Shown here: one piece after another, positions 41,800 to 54,327 of the stretch | How the letters are laid out: each line of letters starts with the position of its first letter | How positions within the stretch are numbered: position 1 is the first letter of the stretch | Source: Trichoplax sp. H2 | Taxonomy: Eukaryota | Assembly: GCA_003344405.1 (NCBI GenBank) | Contig: NOWV01000194.1 | Span: forward strand, 1-64,000 | Direction: 5' to 3' | Length of the DNA: 64,000 nucleotides | The notes under the pieces: model-generated | Told to the model about the DNA's origin: nothing | The model's input: the letters and a program-made list of their open reading frames with translations, nothing else | Database searches by the model: none | Program-made: the position numbers and the translations under genes

Positions 41800-42379
41800 T
41801 CCACACCCAATGCCGTTGTATTTCAGCTACCATAGTAAAAGCAGTATACAATCGACGTGTATATACGATGCAAGATACTCCACTACCATCAGCTGGAAAC
41901 CAAATCGATTGCCATAACGATTGTCCTATCCAATAGCGATGTCTAGCATACTTCCCCCGTACAGTAGGCACAAGTGGTTTGGGCCAATCACAAGCCTCCA
42001 TTTTATGACGTCAAGATTTGAATTTGCGACAACAATAGCCGAGGCGGCAGGAAACATCTGCTCCAAGCTGCTGTGAAGTGTCGAGTAGACTGTTCCATAC
42101 TGTTGATCGATCAACTAGGTTTAGTATAATCGCTTGGGATCGTATTTTATTCTGTATAGCGTAACGCATCGTATCGCCAAGTTGGCAGTTAAATCGTGTC
42201 GAAAACGACTCATGTTTCAGGCATTGGACTGATGTTGGTATGAGGTCCAATCGATCTGCCGCTTATTTCCTCGATTGGGCATCCATCTTGCTCGATTTAC
42301 TTTGCTAATCCAGGCCTAAACTCGTCTAAATTTGCCATTTTAACCACTGTTCTCTGTGCTAAGACAGCTTAACGCCATC
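41800..42379 (+). promoter_or_regulatory. Putative NUF2 promoter with a CCAAT-box cluster, a CRE and a CHR-like motif
   Basis: CCAAT/ATTGG at 41807, 41930, 41983, 42223, 42247 and 42274. TGACGTCA at 42006-42013. TTTGAA at 42017-42022. The region is GC/CpG-richer than its flanks. Confidence 0.45.
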
Positions 42380-45300
42380 ATGACCACTGTAGCAGCGTCT
42401 TCGTATGCTTTTCCAATTCTCAGTGTAGCAGATATTGTCAATTTTATCAAGCAACGCTTTCCAAACATTGCCTATGTTACTGCGGATGATATCAACAAAC
42501 CTCAGGTAAGCCTCTTCTATCCCACAAAATACTACCCAATTGAAGCCAATCGATCCTAGTTAGTCGAGTAGAAAGTAGGACTGCATCCCCTAAACGCCTA
42601 GAATACATTCAAAATTAGCTCGGTTGTCCTTATCCATTCGTTTAGTAACGCGATAGCTTACGATCTTACTTCAAACTATGGCAAACTAGCGTTCGATCGA
42701 CAGTCATGACCCATTCAAATCAGCTTGGCGATGCTTGTCCAATCGATCAGTAAATCTAGTTCAGGGATCATAAACTACTGCTCCATCTAATTTATTGACT
42801 ATATAACAGCATAGAGAGATTCAAAACTAGCTTGGCTGTCCTTATCCATTCGTTTAGTAACGCGATAGCTTGCGATCTTACTTCAAACTATGGCAAACTA
42901 GCGTTCGATCGACAGTGATGACCCATTCAAATCAGCTTGGCGATGCTTGTCCAATCGATCAGTAAATCTAGTTCAGGGATCATAGACTACTGCTCCATCT
43001 AATTTATTGACTATATAACAGCATAGAGAGATTCAAAACTAGCTTGGCTGTCCTTATTCATTCGTTTAGTAACTTGATAGCTTGCGATCTTACTTCTAAC
43101 CATGGCAAAGTACCGCCCGATCGACAGTCATGACCTATTCAAATCAGCTTGGCGATGCTTGTCCAATCGATCAGTAAATCTAGTTCAGGGATCATAAACT
43201 ACTACTCCATCGGATTGATTAAGTATACAACAGCATAGAGAGATTCAAAATTAGTTTGGCTGTCCTTATCCATTCGTTTAGTAACACGATAGCTTGCGAT
43301 CTTACTTCAAACCAAGGCAAAGTACCGCTCGATCGACAGTTATGACTCATTCAAATCAGCTTGGCGATGCTTGTCCAATCGATCAGTAAATCTAGTTCAG
43401 GGATCATAAACTACTGCTCCATCCGATTGACTGATTATACAACAGCATAGAGAGATTCAAAATTAGCTTGGTTGTCCTTATTTATTCGTTTAGTAACGCG
43501 ATAGCTTACGATCTTACTTTAAAGCATGGCAAGATAGCGTTCGATCGACAGTTATGACCTATTCAAATCAGCTTAGCGATGGTTGTCCAATCGATCAGTA
43601 AATCTAGTTCAGGGATCATAAACTACTTCTCCATCGGATTGATTGAGTATACAACAGCATACAGAAATTCAAAATTAGCTTGGTTATCCTTATCCAATAC
43701 TTTAGTAACGCTAAAACTTACGATCTGACTTCAAAGCATGGAAGAATACCGCTCGATCGACAATCGTTGAATAGAGTAGACGGATTTAAATCAGCTTGAT
43801 GACTGTTGTCCAATAAATCAGTAAATCTACTTAGTGGATTATACAATACTGCTCGATGTAATTTACTTATTATACAGTGTAACTGCATAGATGATTCCAA
43901 ATTAGTTTAAAAGAATTGTCCTTATCCAATAGCTTAGTAAAGCAAGACTACATTAGAAGCCTGAAAAAATACCCCTGGATCGACAGTCATTGAAATAAGT
44001 CGACGGATCCCAATCAGCTTGACGATTGTTATCAAATCAATTAGTCAATCTAATGAATGGATTAAGTAAATCTAAGTTTTTGCTTTAAGTAAATCCAGTG
44101 AATGCATGCTATAATACTGATCATTCTACTTTACTTATTATACGAGTAGAATAAAGTAGACAAATTCATAATTAGCTTGGTTGTCCTTATCCAATACTTT
44201 AGTAACGCTAAAACTTCAGTCATTGGAAAGAGTAGACGGACTACTGGTAGAATGACCTTGATAATTTTTGTCTAAAAAATAAATCACTAAATCTAGTTAA
44301 TAGATTATAAAATACTCCCTGCTCTCGTAGACTAATGATATCGTAACATGGATAGATTGAAAATTGACTTCTTTGTCCTTATCCCATCGTTTAGTAACGC
44401 TAAAAGCTTGCTTTCTCATCACGCAATCAAGTTAGACTCGAAAAAAATAGACGCATCGAGATCGGTCTACACAGTACTGTTGGCTTATTCTTGACGTTTG
44501 CAAATTTCAACCAAGCTCAAGCATTAACAAATACCTTGCTAGAGGATTGCTCACAAACTGAACGCTATATTCTATGCATTCCATACTAGAGACCAGTATT
44601 TCGTGATACTGCAGTCTTCTATTTCTCCGCTTTCGCCATATAAAATGTTCACCCATGATACATCATGCTGTAGTTTTCTATCACCTAGTATTAAGAAAGG
44701 TTCAGAAAAAGCAACACTGTATCCCATCATTTCACCACAACTGTAGACTACCAATATTCACCAATGATACAGTTAGGATCTTGGATAGCACCTTCTACGG
44801 TCGAGAAATGCATTCATCTATTCCACTGGTGTAAACAACAAATTTAGATCAATGATATAGTAGAATCTTGTGCTCTACAGGTGCCGCTTGTAGACAAAAA
44901 AATACTTAGAAAGGGACACTGGACCTGTATTCTTTTACACGTATTCCGCCAAATGTAGAAGAGAAAATGCTATCAATGTAGACAAAAACTAGTCAGAAAC
45001 TAGACATCATGTTCTTGTATTCCGTTTTTTGTAGACAAGAAATATCAAGATATCAATGTAGACAAAAACTATTCAGAAATTATACAGCATGTTGTTGTAT
45101 TCCACTTTTATTGACAAGAAATGTCAAGATATCAATGTAGACAAAAACTATTCAGAAACTAGACATCATGTTCTTGGATTCCACTTTTGTTGACAAGAAA
45201 TGTCAAGATATCTATGTAGACAAAAACTATTCAGAAACTAGACATTATGTTCTTGTATTCCACTTTTGTAGACAAGAAATGTCAAGAAATTATATGCTGT

Positions 45301-48300
45301 ATTCATGGAAAGTTTAACAGGATTCGATGGCAATTACCAGGTGAGTTAGCTGATCTTCAACATGCTAGTCTACGACAATGCAGTCTACGAGTTCAACTGA
45401 TATTTGGACTCTTTGCAATCTCATAATTATAATTGTTGTGTAGCCACGTTTTGCGGCGTTAGAAAACTGCCAATTTGCTGATTCCATACAAGAACCTTTA
45501 TCTGTAGTGGTCTTCTCAATGGTGCTGTAAGTAGAATTATCAATGTATCCTTTTCATGCATTAGTAATAGGAAGCATCCATCCAAGACAGTGCAAGATCT
45601 TAGTTACTTGTAATGTATCAATAATCAATCATATCAATTCAGACAGAAATGGATAGTACTGTATTAATAGGAATCTAAATAATTTACTTTCAATCACGAT
45701 AAAGATCCAAAGTACTAAAAGACTCTGGTGTTAATGGTGTTAACTTGGACGATATACTTTCACCAGGTAAGTAGAAAGAACTAATAAATGAGTTATTAAT
45801 AATCGTAACCAGTAGGCTTAAAAATTTTAATGTACCTATGAGGTAGAATGAGAATCATGAATTAATTGTAATGATGTAGTGAAAAGTAAATTATTTAAAC
45901 TTATTAATTTGGACAACAGCTAATAGCCAGGCATGCTACCGGTAGTAATAGCCTTTGCAATACAAAATGTGCTCATACTAATAATACCAATGTAATTATG
46001 TATCTTTTACAGCAAGAAAGAAAACCATCCGCAATTTGAGGTAACTGCAATATAATTTTTCATAGAATACCGAGACATCCTTTAAAGCAGTTCATTTTCC
46101 ATTGAAATTATCCATACTCCTTGAGGTCACATTGCATTGAAATAGACTATTCCATTACTATAGCTCAATATTATTGACTGTATCCTACGTCGTATCAATA
46201 GTTTACATTAAAAATACACTTTGTATACTCTATCAAATTAGAGCAATAAATTGATTATGCCTAATTCAAGTGCAGTCTATGAATAAAATAGAACCCTAGT
46301 AACTCAATGATAAACGAAATTTTAATGATTAAACAACTTGCTTACATAATTATCCGAGTATAACGCGTAGATTGACTCTTTATCTACCTTGTATCATCAT
46401 TGCAGTGCTTTAATCAACTTTCAACGATTCGTCGATTCTCAAATACACATTTTCGAAGAAAGTGCATCAGTAGCTGTAAGTATCGATCAATATATTTTTG
46501 TAGACTTTTTCCAGATATTAAAATTGACAGCATACAGATATTAACAATCTTGCTTAAATACAGGAATCATTAAACAACCAACACCAGCAATTGCGAGTCA
46601 AAAGCCAAGAATTAGATCAAAAAATCACTAATCTAAAGTACATCTTTCTTACGAATCTCTCTTCATTCATTTAATGTCAATTGTTGCAATTATCATGTAC
46701 GATAAATCATTTCGCATTTACATCATTTCAGAGCCAAAAAGGCCATGGAGGATATAAAAATGAAAGATGTATGCCTATCGCATTTTAGCGCTCTCTATCT
46801 CGTACGACTAATTCGAAATCGCTTACAAAAGATAACTAATCATTTGGAAATATTTCAATGTACTTATTATAGCTATTACCTCAAGTTGAAAACTTAGAAA
46901 ACGAATTGAGTCAATTTGATGAGCAGCAGGTACAAAAAATAATGGATGCTATCAAAAATAATAATTTGTACAAAGACAATCTTGTCATCATATCCAAATA
47001 ACCATTAAATCAATTAATTGAACGGATTTATATCGTTGTTATTCCTGTACTGATTGCATTGGTCGTTGCTTTTAATGACAGCAAAATCTCAACCAGGAAA
47101 TGAGCAACCTAAAAATCAAGACTTCAGAAAATGAAAATCATTTGGTAACTCCTTTAATTAGACAATTTTTATTATAATTCAACAGAAAAAAGTGAAATTG
47201 ATGGCAAATAATGTTGTATTCATCTTACAGATAAAATTCAGAAAAAACAAAGCAGAATTGGACAAAAATGTAGAGAAACTTAATCAGCGAATTGTTGCTT
47301 CTCCAGAAAGATTGCAAAGCGTAAGTTTTTTAGTGCAGAACCAAATTATTCCAATTTAACTCTAAATTATCATTACTATTTAGATAGATAGAATAAATTG
47401 TTATTCTTTCATTTCATGTTTTATTAATATTAGACTTTAGCCAGCTTGACAACACGCATAGATGACTGTAGAAAAGAAATAGAAGATAAACGAATCAAAA
47501 ATGAAGAGAATGTTGAAAAAATTAATAAATTGTCTGACTGCACAGAGGTACACGAACAGAGTTTGTAATGTAATTTCTTTTGAAATGCGCCTTTTGACTG
47601 TCATTTTCAACATAGGCATGCGATGAACTAACTACCTTATGTAAAAGTACACTTACCGAAATGGATCGATACCGGTAACAAGAGCCGTTAAATAATAATT
47701 TATATCGCATTATCACTTGAAAAGTAATTGTAATCCTACTTTACACTGCCATAGCGAGAATGTCCGAGAGTATGAGGCAGTCGTTGATTTACGAATAGAA
47801 AAGACTGAAGCATTGCGTGAACTAAATCTCAACGTCCAGGTAGTACACTATTTAGAAAAAGTGACTCAATAGTATATAATTCATGATAAATGTATTTATG
47901 TATACATATGTAATTTGAAACATTCAACAATTTTTTTTCTTACAGAATTTAGAACGAGAATTGCAATCAAAACGAGACACACTGGCTACTGTAAGATCGC
48001 AAAACAAAACTAAATTAAACCAAGTTGAAAAATTACTCGAAGAAAAGCAAAGGTAAGTAACATGGTCTACATATCGTCCGAATTTTGTATCAGCCACTTG
48101 AGATTATCCTCTATTTCAACCATTCTAACTTGGCCAGTAATAAGTAACTTACACGTTTCATTGCAGGGAGCTTGCTGACGTTCAAAAGAAAAGGCATGAA
48201 GACAATGAACAAGCAATGGAGCTATCTCATGAAATGGATGCTATTAAAGCAGAAATTGAAAAATCGAGAAATGAGCATGCTGGTAAAATCAAGAAAGCTG

Positions 48301-48511
48301 AGGATACTTATGAACTTTTGCTACAAGAGGTAACGTTTTGAAAATGTTTGCTATTGTACAAATTTTTTCTACCAATAACGTACTATCCTTAGGCAGATAT
48401 TTTACTTACTTTTTTCTCCTGTTTACGTAGTTGGATAACTACCATCAGAAATTAGCGGAATCATGGAAAGAAGTCACCGACTCCTTGGAAATAAAACCAA
48501 CGATACCATAA
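42380..48511 (+). CDS. NUF2: Kinetochore protein Nuf2 (NDC80 complex), multi-exon
   Basis: Exon 1 42380-42505 MTTVAASSYAFPILSVADIVNFIKQRFPNIAYVTADDINKPQ. Exon 2 45272-45340 TRNVKKLYAVFMESLTGFDGNYQ. Later exons give DDILSPARKKTIRNLSALINFQRF (Nuf2 CH-domain signature), IVASPERLQ and coiled coil. Last exon 48431-48511 ends in TAA. Confidence 0.92.
42607..44410. repeat. Tandem array of 212-bp units in NUF2 intron 1 (5 conserved plus ~3-4 decayed copies)
   Basis: ATTCAAAA(T/C)TAG...TGTCCTTAT starts at 42607, 42819, 43031, 43243, 43455 and 43667 (exact 212 spacing). Decayed copies follow near 43894, 44164 and 44356. Confidence 0.95.
44890..45287. repeat. Tandem array of 79-80 bp units spanning the NUF2 intron 1/exon 2 junction
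   Basis: TATC(A/T)ATGTAGACAAAAACTA starts at 44971, 45051, 45130 and 45209, with a decayed copy near 44890. The last unit contains the inferred true acceptor (AG 45270-45271). Confidence 0.92.
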
Positions 48512-48679
48512 ATACGTTACTGTAGAATTGTATGCACAAACACATATTCTACCTTATGTGATATTAAAATAGTGTTATCTGTATGTGTGTATCTGTAACG
48601 CAAACAGGTTGCATTCTAGTATTTACATCATACTCCCCTAAAAATTTATATGATTGGCTTTTTAACTATGCTGTACTTA

Positions 48680-49920
48680 CAAGACCTTGGACCATTCCAC
48701 ATACTGCATGCGATGTGGACATGTACCCATGCCACCATGGTTCGTAGGGCTATATTGGAATAACAAAAAATGTACCTTGATTTTGTAGTTATGCGTCCAA
48801 AATCTGTTCGACTGTCTGTTTCAAGAATCTTAGACATTTAAAGTAATCTTCGTATAATGTAATTCCTGTAACTTACAGTAGTAGCAATTGGCATTATGGA
48901 TACATGGTAAAGATCACCAATAGCAATTGAGCATATCTATAAATAAGTTTCGTTGTTTTCAGGAAATTGTGGATTTTCCAGATGACTCTTAATGTAATAT
49001 TTAAGGATTAGTAACTATGATAACAAAAATCTTACTATTTTAACGACTAGGCGGAAATTTTTTTATCTGAGGCGCTAGATCGATGTAGTACATGACGTTA
49101 AAATTATTAAATAAATGTTTAAATATCTACTCGCAGACTTTTCAATCACTTTATACATTATCCCGATAGCCTTAGCAATTGCAACGATCTAGAATGACAA
49201 GCTAGCAAAATGAAATAAATAGAATAGCGGTTAACATTGAATTCACCTTGACCTTTCATAATTCTATGCCTCCAGCATTCAGTATCCACTTTAATTCATT
49301 TTTAAAAAAGTAGAATATAATGTGTGCTACTGCTATGATGAACCGTGCTTCATTTCTGTAATCGAATCTTAGCAATAGAATTATCAAAGTATTTTAATTC
49401 CTACATTAATATACATCGGCAATTAGGTATTAATCAAATATCATTGGCCATTAATTATCAATAGCTAATCAATTATTTAATTAAATGATTTATAAAGGAT
49501 GTGATGAGCTTGATATCTGTAATAGAAATCCTATTAATGTGATTACAACTTTTGTAGTTAAAGATGGTTGCACCGGACTGTTTTCATGGCATTTAGCCTT
49601 AACAGCTGCACATTCCTCTTCGGAATGGCAACGCTAGAACATTGTATTAAGAATGTAGTTATGCATTGGTTGAAAGATCTTTAATTTAGTATACTCCTAC
49701 CTACAACATCTATTCTACACCGAGAAAAGCAAACGATGACTATGGTCAAAAAATTATCATCACTTTTATCATCTAAAGAAGAAACAGGAAATTTCACTTT
49801 ACGGAGCAAGATGGCCTTGCAGGGAAAACTATGCATACTGTAGCAGAGAAATCTTACATATTGGTCAGTGAACCAGGCAAAGTCAGGAGCCATACTCGAA
49901 TTGGAATTTTGACTTTGTTA
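48680..49920 (-). pseudogene. Possible decayed membrane-receptor gene (Frizzled-type CRD-like Cys pattern plus 7TM-like fragments)
   Basis: Splice-bounded minus-strand pieces read DQYVRFLCYSMHSFPCK, RCHSEEECAAVKAKCHEN, YL*ICSIAIGDLYHVSIMPIATT and PYEPWWHGYMSTSHAVCGMVQGL, with in-frame stops. Family assignment is by eye only. Confidence 0.35.
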
Positions 49921-50368
49921 CTAAAAGAAGAAGCCTGACAGTGATATTCTAGTTTAAAAGCTCATGAGCTAGCTCAGCTAAGCCCAGACCGTAAACAGGC
50001 ATAGCAGAGTTCTGGTATGCGCAATTCATGTCAATCCTACATAACTGCAGCCTAAAAGATAGACTCACATCTGTAAATACGTAAATGTCAATGAAGTGAA
50101 TTTATTTCAAGTCTGCACTCTTATATACCAGTATGCGGCTTAATTTAGAGTCGACCTCAACTCTCGATCATATTATAACTATATGTAGTGTGGAAATTAA
50201 TATCTTTATTACTTAAAGTTAGAATACATTCTAGTAAAATTTCACACGTTGAAATCCACATGCATCACGCAATCGAATAATATTAGCCATTCATTAATTG
50301 TTGATTAGCTATGCATGACCTGTGCACAATTTCTGCAATAAAAATCTCAACTATACGGTTAAAATTTT

Positions 50369-53295
50369 TTAATTTGATGTGGTTGTATCTGCAGCCGTAC
50401 TGTCTACTTCTTGGCTTTTAGTCTTAGCAACCGCACATTTTCCTTCAGAACGACCATGATGGGACACTTCGTTAAGATTGTATTTACGCATTTGATGGAA
50501 GTCATCTAATATACTCATACAGCATACATTCTATAGGTAAAAATAAAAATAAAATATTAAAATTTTAGCGAAGAAATTATCCTGCAAATCAAACCATCGA
50601 AATTTTCGTTCCATAGCAACAATGAGCTTTTAATCGTCGAAATTTTCGAAAACTATAATATACTAAGCATACTGTAGCCAATTTCAATGAAACCATGATA
50701 AGGGTTGTAAATAATTATTCTATCCTACATTTTATGATTAGCATATACTTGAGCTGTACAGTATACAGTAATTAGAGTCTCCCATCTTCACGTGATGTAC
50801 GACAGCATCATAACTAATTAACTATTACAAATCATATCTTATCACTTTGTACCATAACAGCAGTAAGAACTGACAACATTGACATACCCTGACAATTTCA
50901 ATAACAATAACGACATCAGGGTTATCCAAATTGACTTGATGCTTAATTTGGCCATCGATAACTATATCGGCTACGGTTGCAATTACTTGATCTCTATTGA
51001 GATCGCCGTTATATCTCGATTTATATGAAATTGCAAACTACATTGAATTGAAAAATAAGACTCATTCAGAGAATTATAATAAGAAATCATTTAAATGGTG
51101 TTTTCTGTCTTACATACTTTACACTCTTTGGCAGTATCGTTTTGAAAATATTGCTTTAAATATTGAGGGCAGCATTTCTTAATATCGTCTAATGATGAAT
51201 GGCAAATGAACGTCACAGGTATTAAACGCTGGCAAAATCTATTCGAGAAAACAATTGCATCAAAGTATCATCTATTAGCAGTAGTAACATTTTTGAATAT
51301 CTTTATTCAGTCTGATTAATTCACAGTCATGCTATGTAACGATAACACTACTACGAATGGATCTCTAAATATCTGTAATAAGGTTTCATTGCCATATCCA
51401 TATGATTTTTACCTAACGCTAGCCTTTCGCTCTATTAAATCTTTAAAAATCGATTTTGTCAATTCGTAAGGGTCTCCTTTATTACATTCAATAAAGTAAA
51501 TATTTTTCACTCCTGTTTCAACAGCTTGAAAGTAATTTTTCCAATTATCTTTAAGCGCGCTAATTTCCTTTTCTAATTCTTTCGATGGATCATTATCTAC
51601 TGTCACGTAGAGAGAGTGGAACGTAATTAACAGTTAATACTGGTGATACAGTAATTAATAGACTTGAATTCTCTACACTGACCTTCAGATTTTGATGTTT
51701 TGGAATCGTCACCATCATCATTACCATATAATCGATCCGCAGACTATACATTAGTAGTAAAGTACTTGTTATTAGATAGTGATTGCATAGCAATCTTTAA
51801 TCTTATGTCACCTGTAAGTATATACAGATATATACGTATATTACGTTTCATAGAAAACATACTTGCAAGGTATAAATAAAAAAATCACAATTCTATGCGT
51901 AGAGCTATTACCTATTGACAGGAGTAATGTAGGTGTAAGTGACATTATGAGGCACAATCCATTAGTAACGAGATAAGTTATAGCATGATAAAATATTCTC
52001 TCTGAGTCAGCTGCAGCATCACTCTTACCTACTACTTGTGAATTTATCGTTGCTGCTACTGTAAATAGTCGTATATCACTTCTAGCACTATGCCTGTGTT
52101 CTTGCATCGCATCATTTTAATGATTTAATTTAAATATTGTATTATTTGTAAATCCTATGTAGAATTAACAAGGCACAAAAAAGATCAGAGTCCGTCGCAT
52201 TGTCATTGCTTCCTTGATTATACGTATCTGCGTACGCTTTAGAGATCGTAGCCATACCAACTCTCTTTACATCGACTTTTGTACATTGGTTGTAATAATT
52301 ACTACTATGACTAATCAGTATATTGTTAAACTTAAACCTAACAGTATCCATTAGAGCACATCTTGGATCAATCTTGTAAGACTCAATTAATCTTATCTGC
52401 CGTATCTGTACTAGATTCGAGATTGTGGAATCTGTAATGTGACAGTTTCAGTCGAAAATTGTGCACCGGCTGTCCTATGTCCAGTTGCTATTTCACATTT
52501 GGCTAAGCTTTAGCTTAATAGTACTCACTACAGTTAGTCTTTAACATTTCGATTGGCCTTAAACTGATTCCATTTATCTGTACTCGATTAGAACTTGTAG
52601 ACTGCACATTGATAATTTTAATAATATTAATTGATGTGGGGATTACTATCTGCAATATTGACTGTCACCGATGGACATAACGCTCAGCTTTAGCTTGAGA
52701 GTATTTATTGAAGCATGCCTGAACTAGTTGGATTGGGCTCCAATAAATCTTATCTATCTGTCCCAGAGAAGATTTGAAGGTATGATGTAAGAATTAGTCA
52801 ATAATGAATCTTGCAAATTGTCTTATTTCGCCTACAATCTTTAAAATGGTGACTTTAAATTGAATTCAATATATACGTAACCCAGGGACTGCTACATAGG
52901 ATAACAACAACACTTGTGATACGTGTATCGCCTCTTGTGCATCAATTTATTACTTTATCCTTAACTCGTCTATCTATACTCAAAGATGTCATCATCAAGA
53001 GTGAAAATTTGCGATACCTCATGGAGTAATTGATAGATTTCAGCAAGAGCTCCCCTATTTTGCACGTTATTGCATGTCAGTAAAACGCCATTCAATCCAG
53101 GTCGCATACCTCTGGGATCAACATGCTATAGAAGAAAAAGGAATAATTGCTGTTGTCATGGAGGTTTGCAACCTAGTCTAGTTTTGATTAATCATCGTTC
53201 GCTAAGTATGTTACCTTTTTCTTCCTAAAATTCACGTAATAAGCTTTAGCTCGTTTTCGTTTCCCGTCATTAGCACTTTCGTCCTGCGTTGCCAT
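50369..53295 (-). CDS. THUMPD1: THUMP domain-containing protein 1 (Tan1-like tRNA ac4C adaptor), ~7 exons
   Basis: MATQDESANDGKRKRAKAYY..., MRPGLNGVLLTCN...EIYQLLHE, ELEKEISALK...FQAVETGVKNIYFI, FCQRLIPV, HQVNLDNPDVVIVIEIVR, NVCCMSILDDFHQMRKYNLNEV. GT-AG junctions; stop at 50371-50369. Confidence 0.92.
52340..52805. repeat. Highly decayed tandem repeat (~2-3 units, ~180-190 bp) in THUMPD1 intron 2
   Basis: GCT(A/C)AGCTTTAGCTT recurs at ~52502 and ~52682; TATCTGT(A/C)C recurs near 52403, 52575 and 52755. Confidence 0.45.
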
Positions 53296-53370
53296 TGCTA
53301 CGCTGCACTGCTAGAGAGTCAGTGGGCCGCAGTTAGAAGAGACTCTTGCTGTACTAAAACAGTCGTTTAA

Positions 53371-54190
53371 TCACCGCTCAAGAATGAAAATAGTGATATA
53401 GTATGGTGAGAAGACGACCGCATTAAACACTAGAGCGATGCTGTCCAAGTGTACAGTAACACTACAGACTAATACTGTACACTGTAGAGAGGTCCTACTG
53501 CGCAGAAGCATTGACGTCACATGATCGGCGTAAGCAGCTAGCAAGCCAATTCACCGCTCAATAATGAAAACATTGATATAGTACGGGTAGTAGACGACTA
53601 CATTAAACACTAGAGTAATGCTATACAAGTGTACACCACTACACTGTACAGTAACACTACAGACTAATACTGTACAGTACGGTACAGTGTACTGTAAATT
53701 GCACAGTACTGGACACTGTAGAAAGTCACTACTGCACAGAAGCGACAGTGTCACATGATCGGCGTGAGCAGCTTACAAGGCAAATCACCGCTCAAGAATG
53801 AAAATATTGATATAGTATTGCAAGTAGACGACTGCATTAAACACGAGAGCGAAGTCTTTCAAGCAGTTTTGTTTACAAGACCATTTGAAACGTTTTACTG
53901 CTTCAGCATACTGTACCGCAGAGTACTGTACAGTACATACTGTACAGTGTACAGTACGGTACAGTACTCTACACTGTACTCTACACTGTACAAAGTCAGA
54001 CTACAGTGTACAGTACAGAATACTGTAGAGAGATCCTACTGTACTGTAACTGTGCGGTAGCGATGGTGTCACATGATCGGCGTGAACACCTTGCAAGCCA
54101 AATCACCGCTCAAGAATGAAAATATGGATATAGTATGACGAATAAACGACTGTATTAAACACTAGAGTGAAGTTTTACAAGCAATTTGGT
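53371..54190. repeat. Four-copy compound repeat filling the THUMPD1/fucosidase divergent promoter region
   Basis: TCACCGCTCAA(G/T)AATGAAAA...GATATAGTA...ACGAC...ATTAAACAC...GAG starts at 53371, 53551, 53785 and 54103 (spacings 180, 234, 318). Intervals contain CAGTA/TACTG-type low-complexity sequence and GTCACATGATCGGCGT. Confidence 0.9.
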
Positions 54191-54327
54191 TTCTTCAATG
54201 GAGTGTCATTGACGTACGGGACACCGCCTCACAATCTCTATTGAAGCAGTTATCATCGTGATCCATCATCGATATCAACAACCCATAGTAGACAAGCCCC
54301 CATCAATAACAACAAAGTCAAGACAAA

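Noticed and set aside
40594..44410. CRISPR-like array interpretation of the 180-bp and 212-bp repeats
   Set aside because: Whole units are repeated with no unique spacers, there are no cas genes, and the context is intron-rich eukaryotic DNA.
53551..54060. Cys/Thr/Val/Tyr-rich ORFs 53551-53754 (-) and 53755-54060 (+)
   Set aside because: Translations of the low-complexity CAGTA tract.
53371..54190. Repeat-spacer (CRISPR-like) reading of the promoter repeat
   Set aside because: The variable intervals are homologous low-complexity expansions, not unique acquired spacers.
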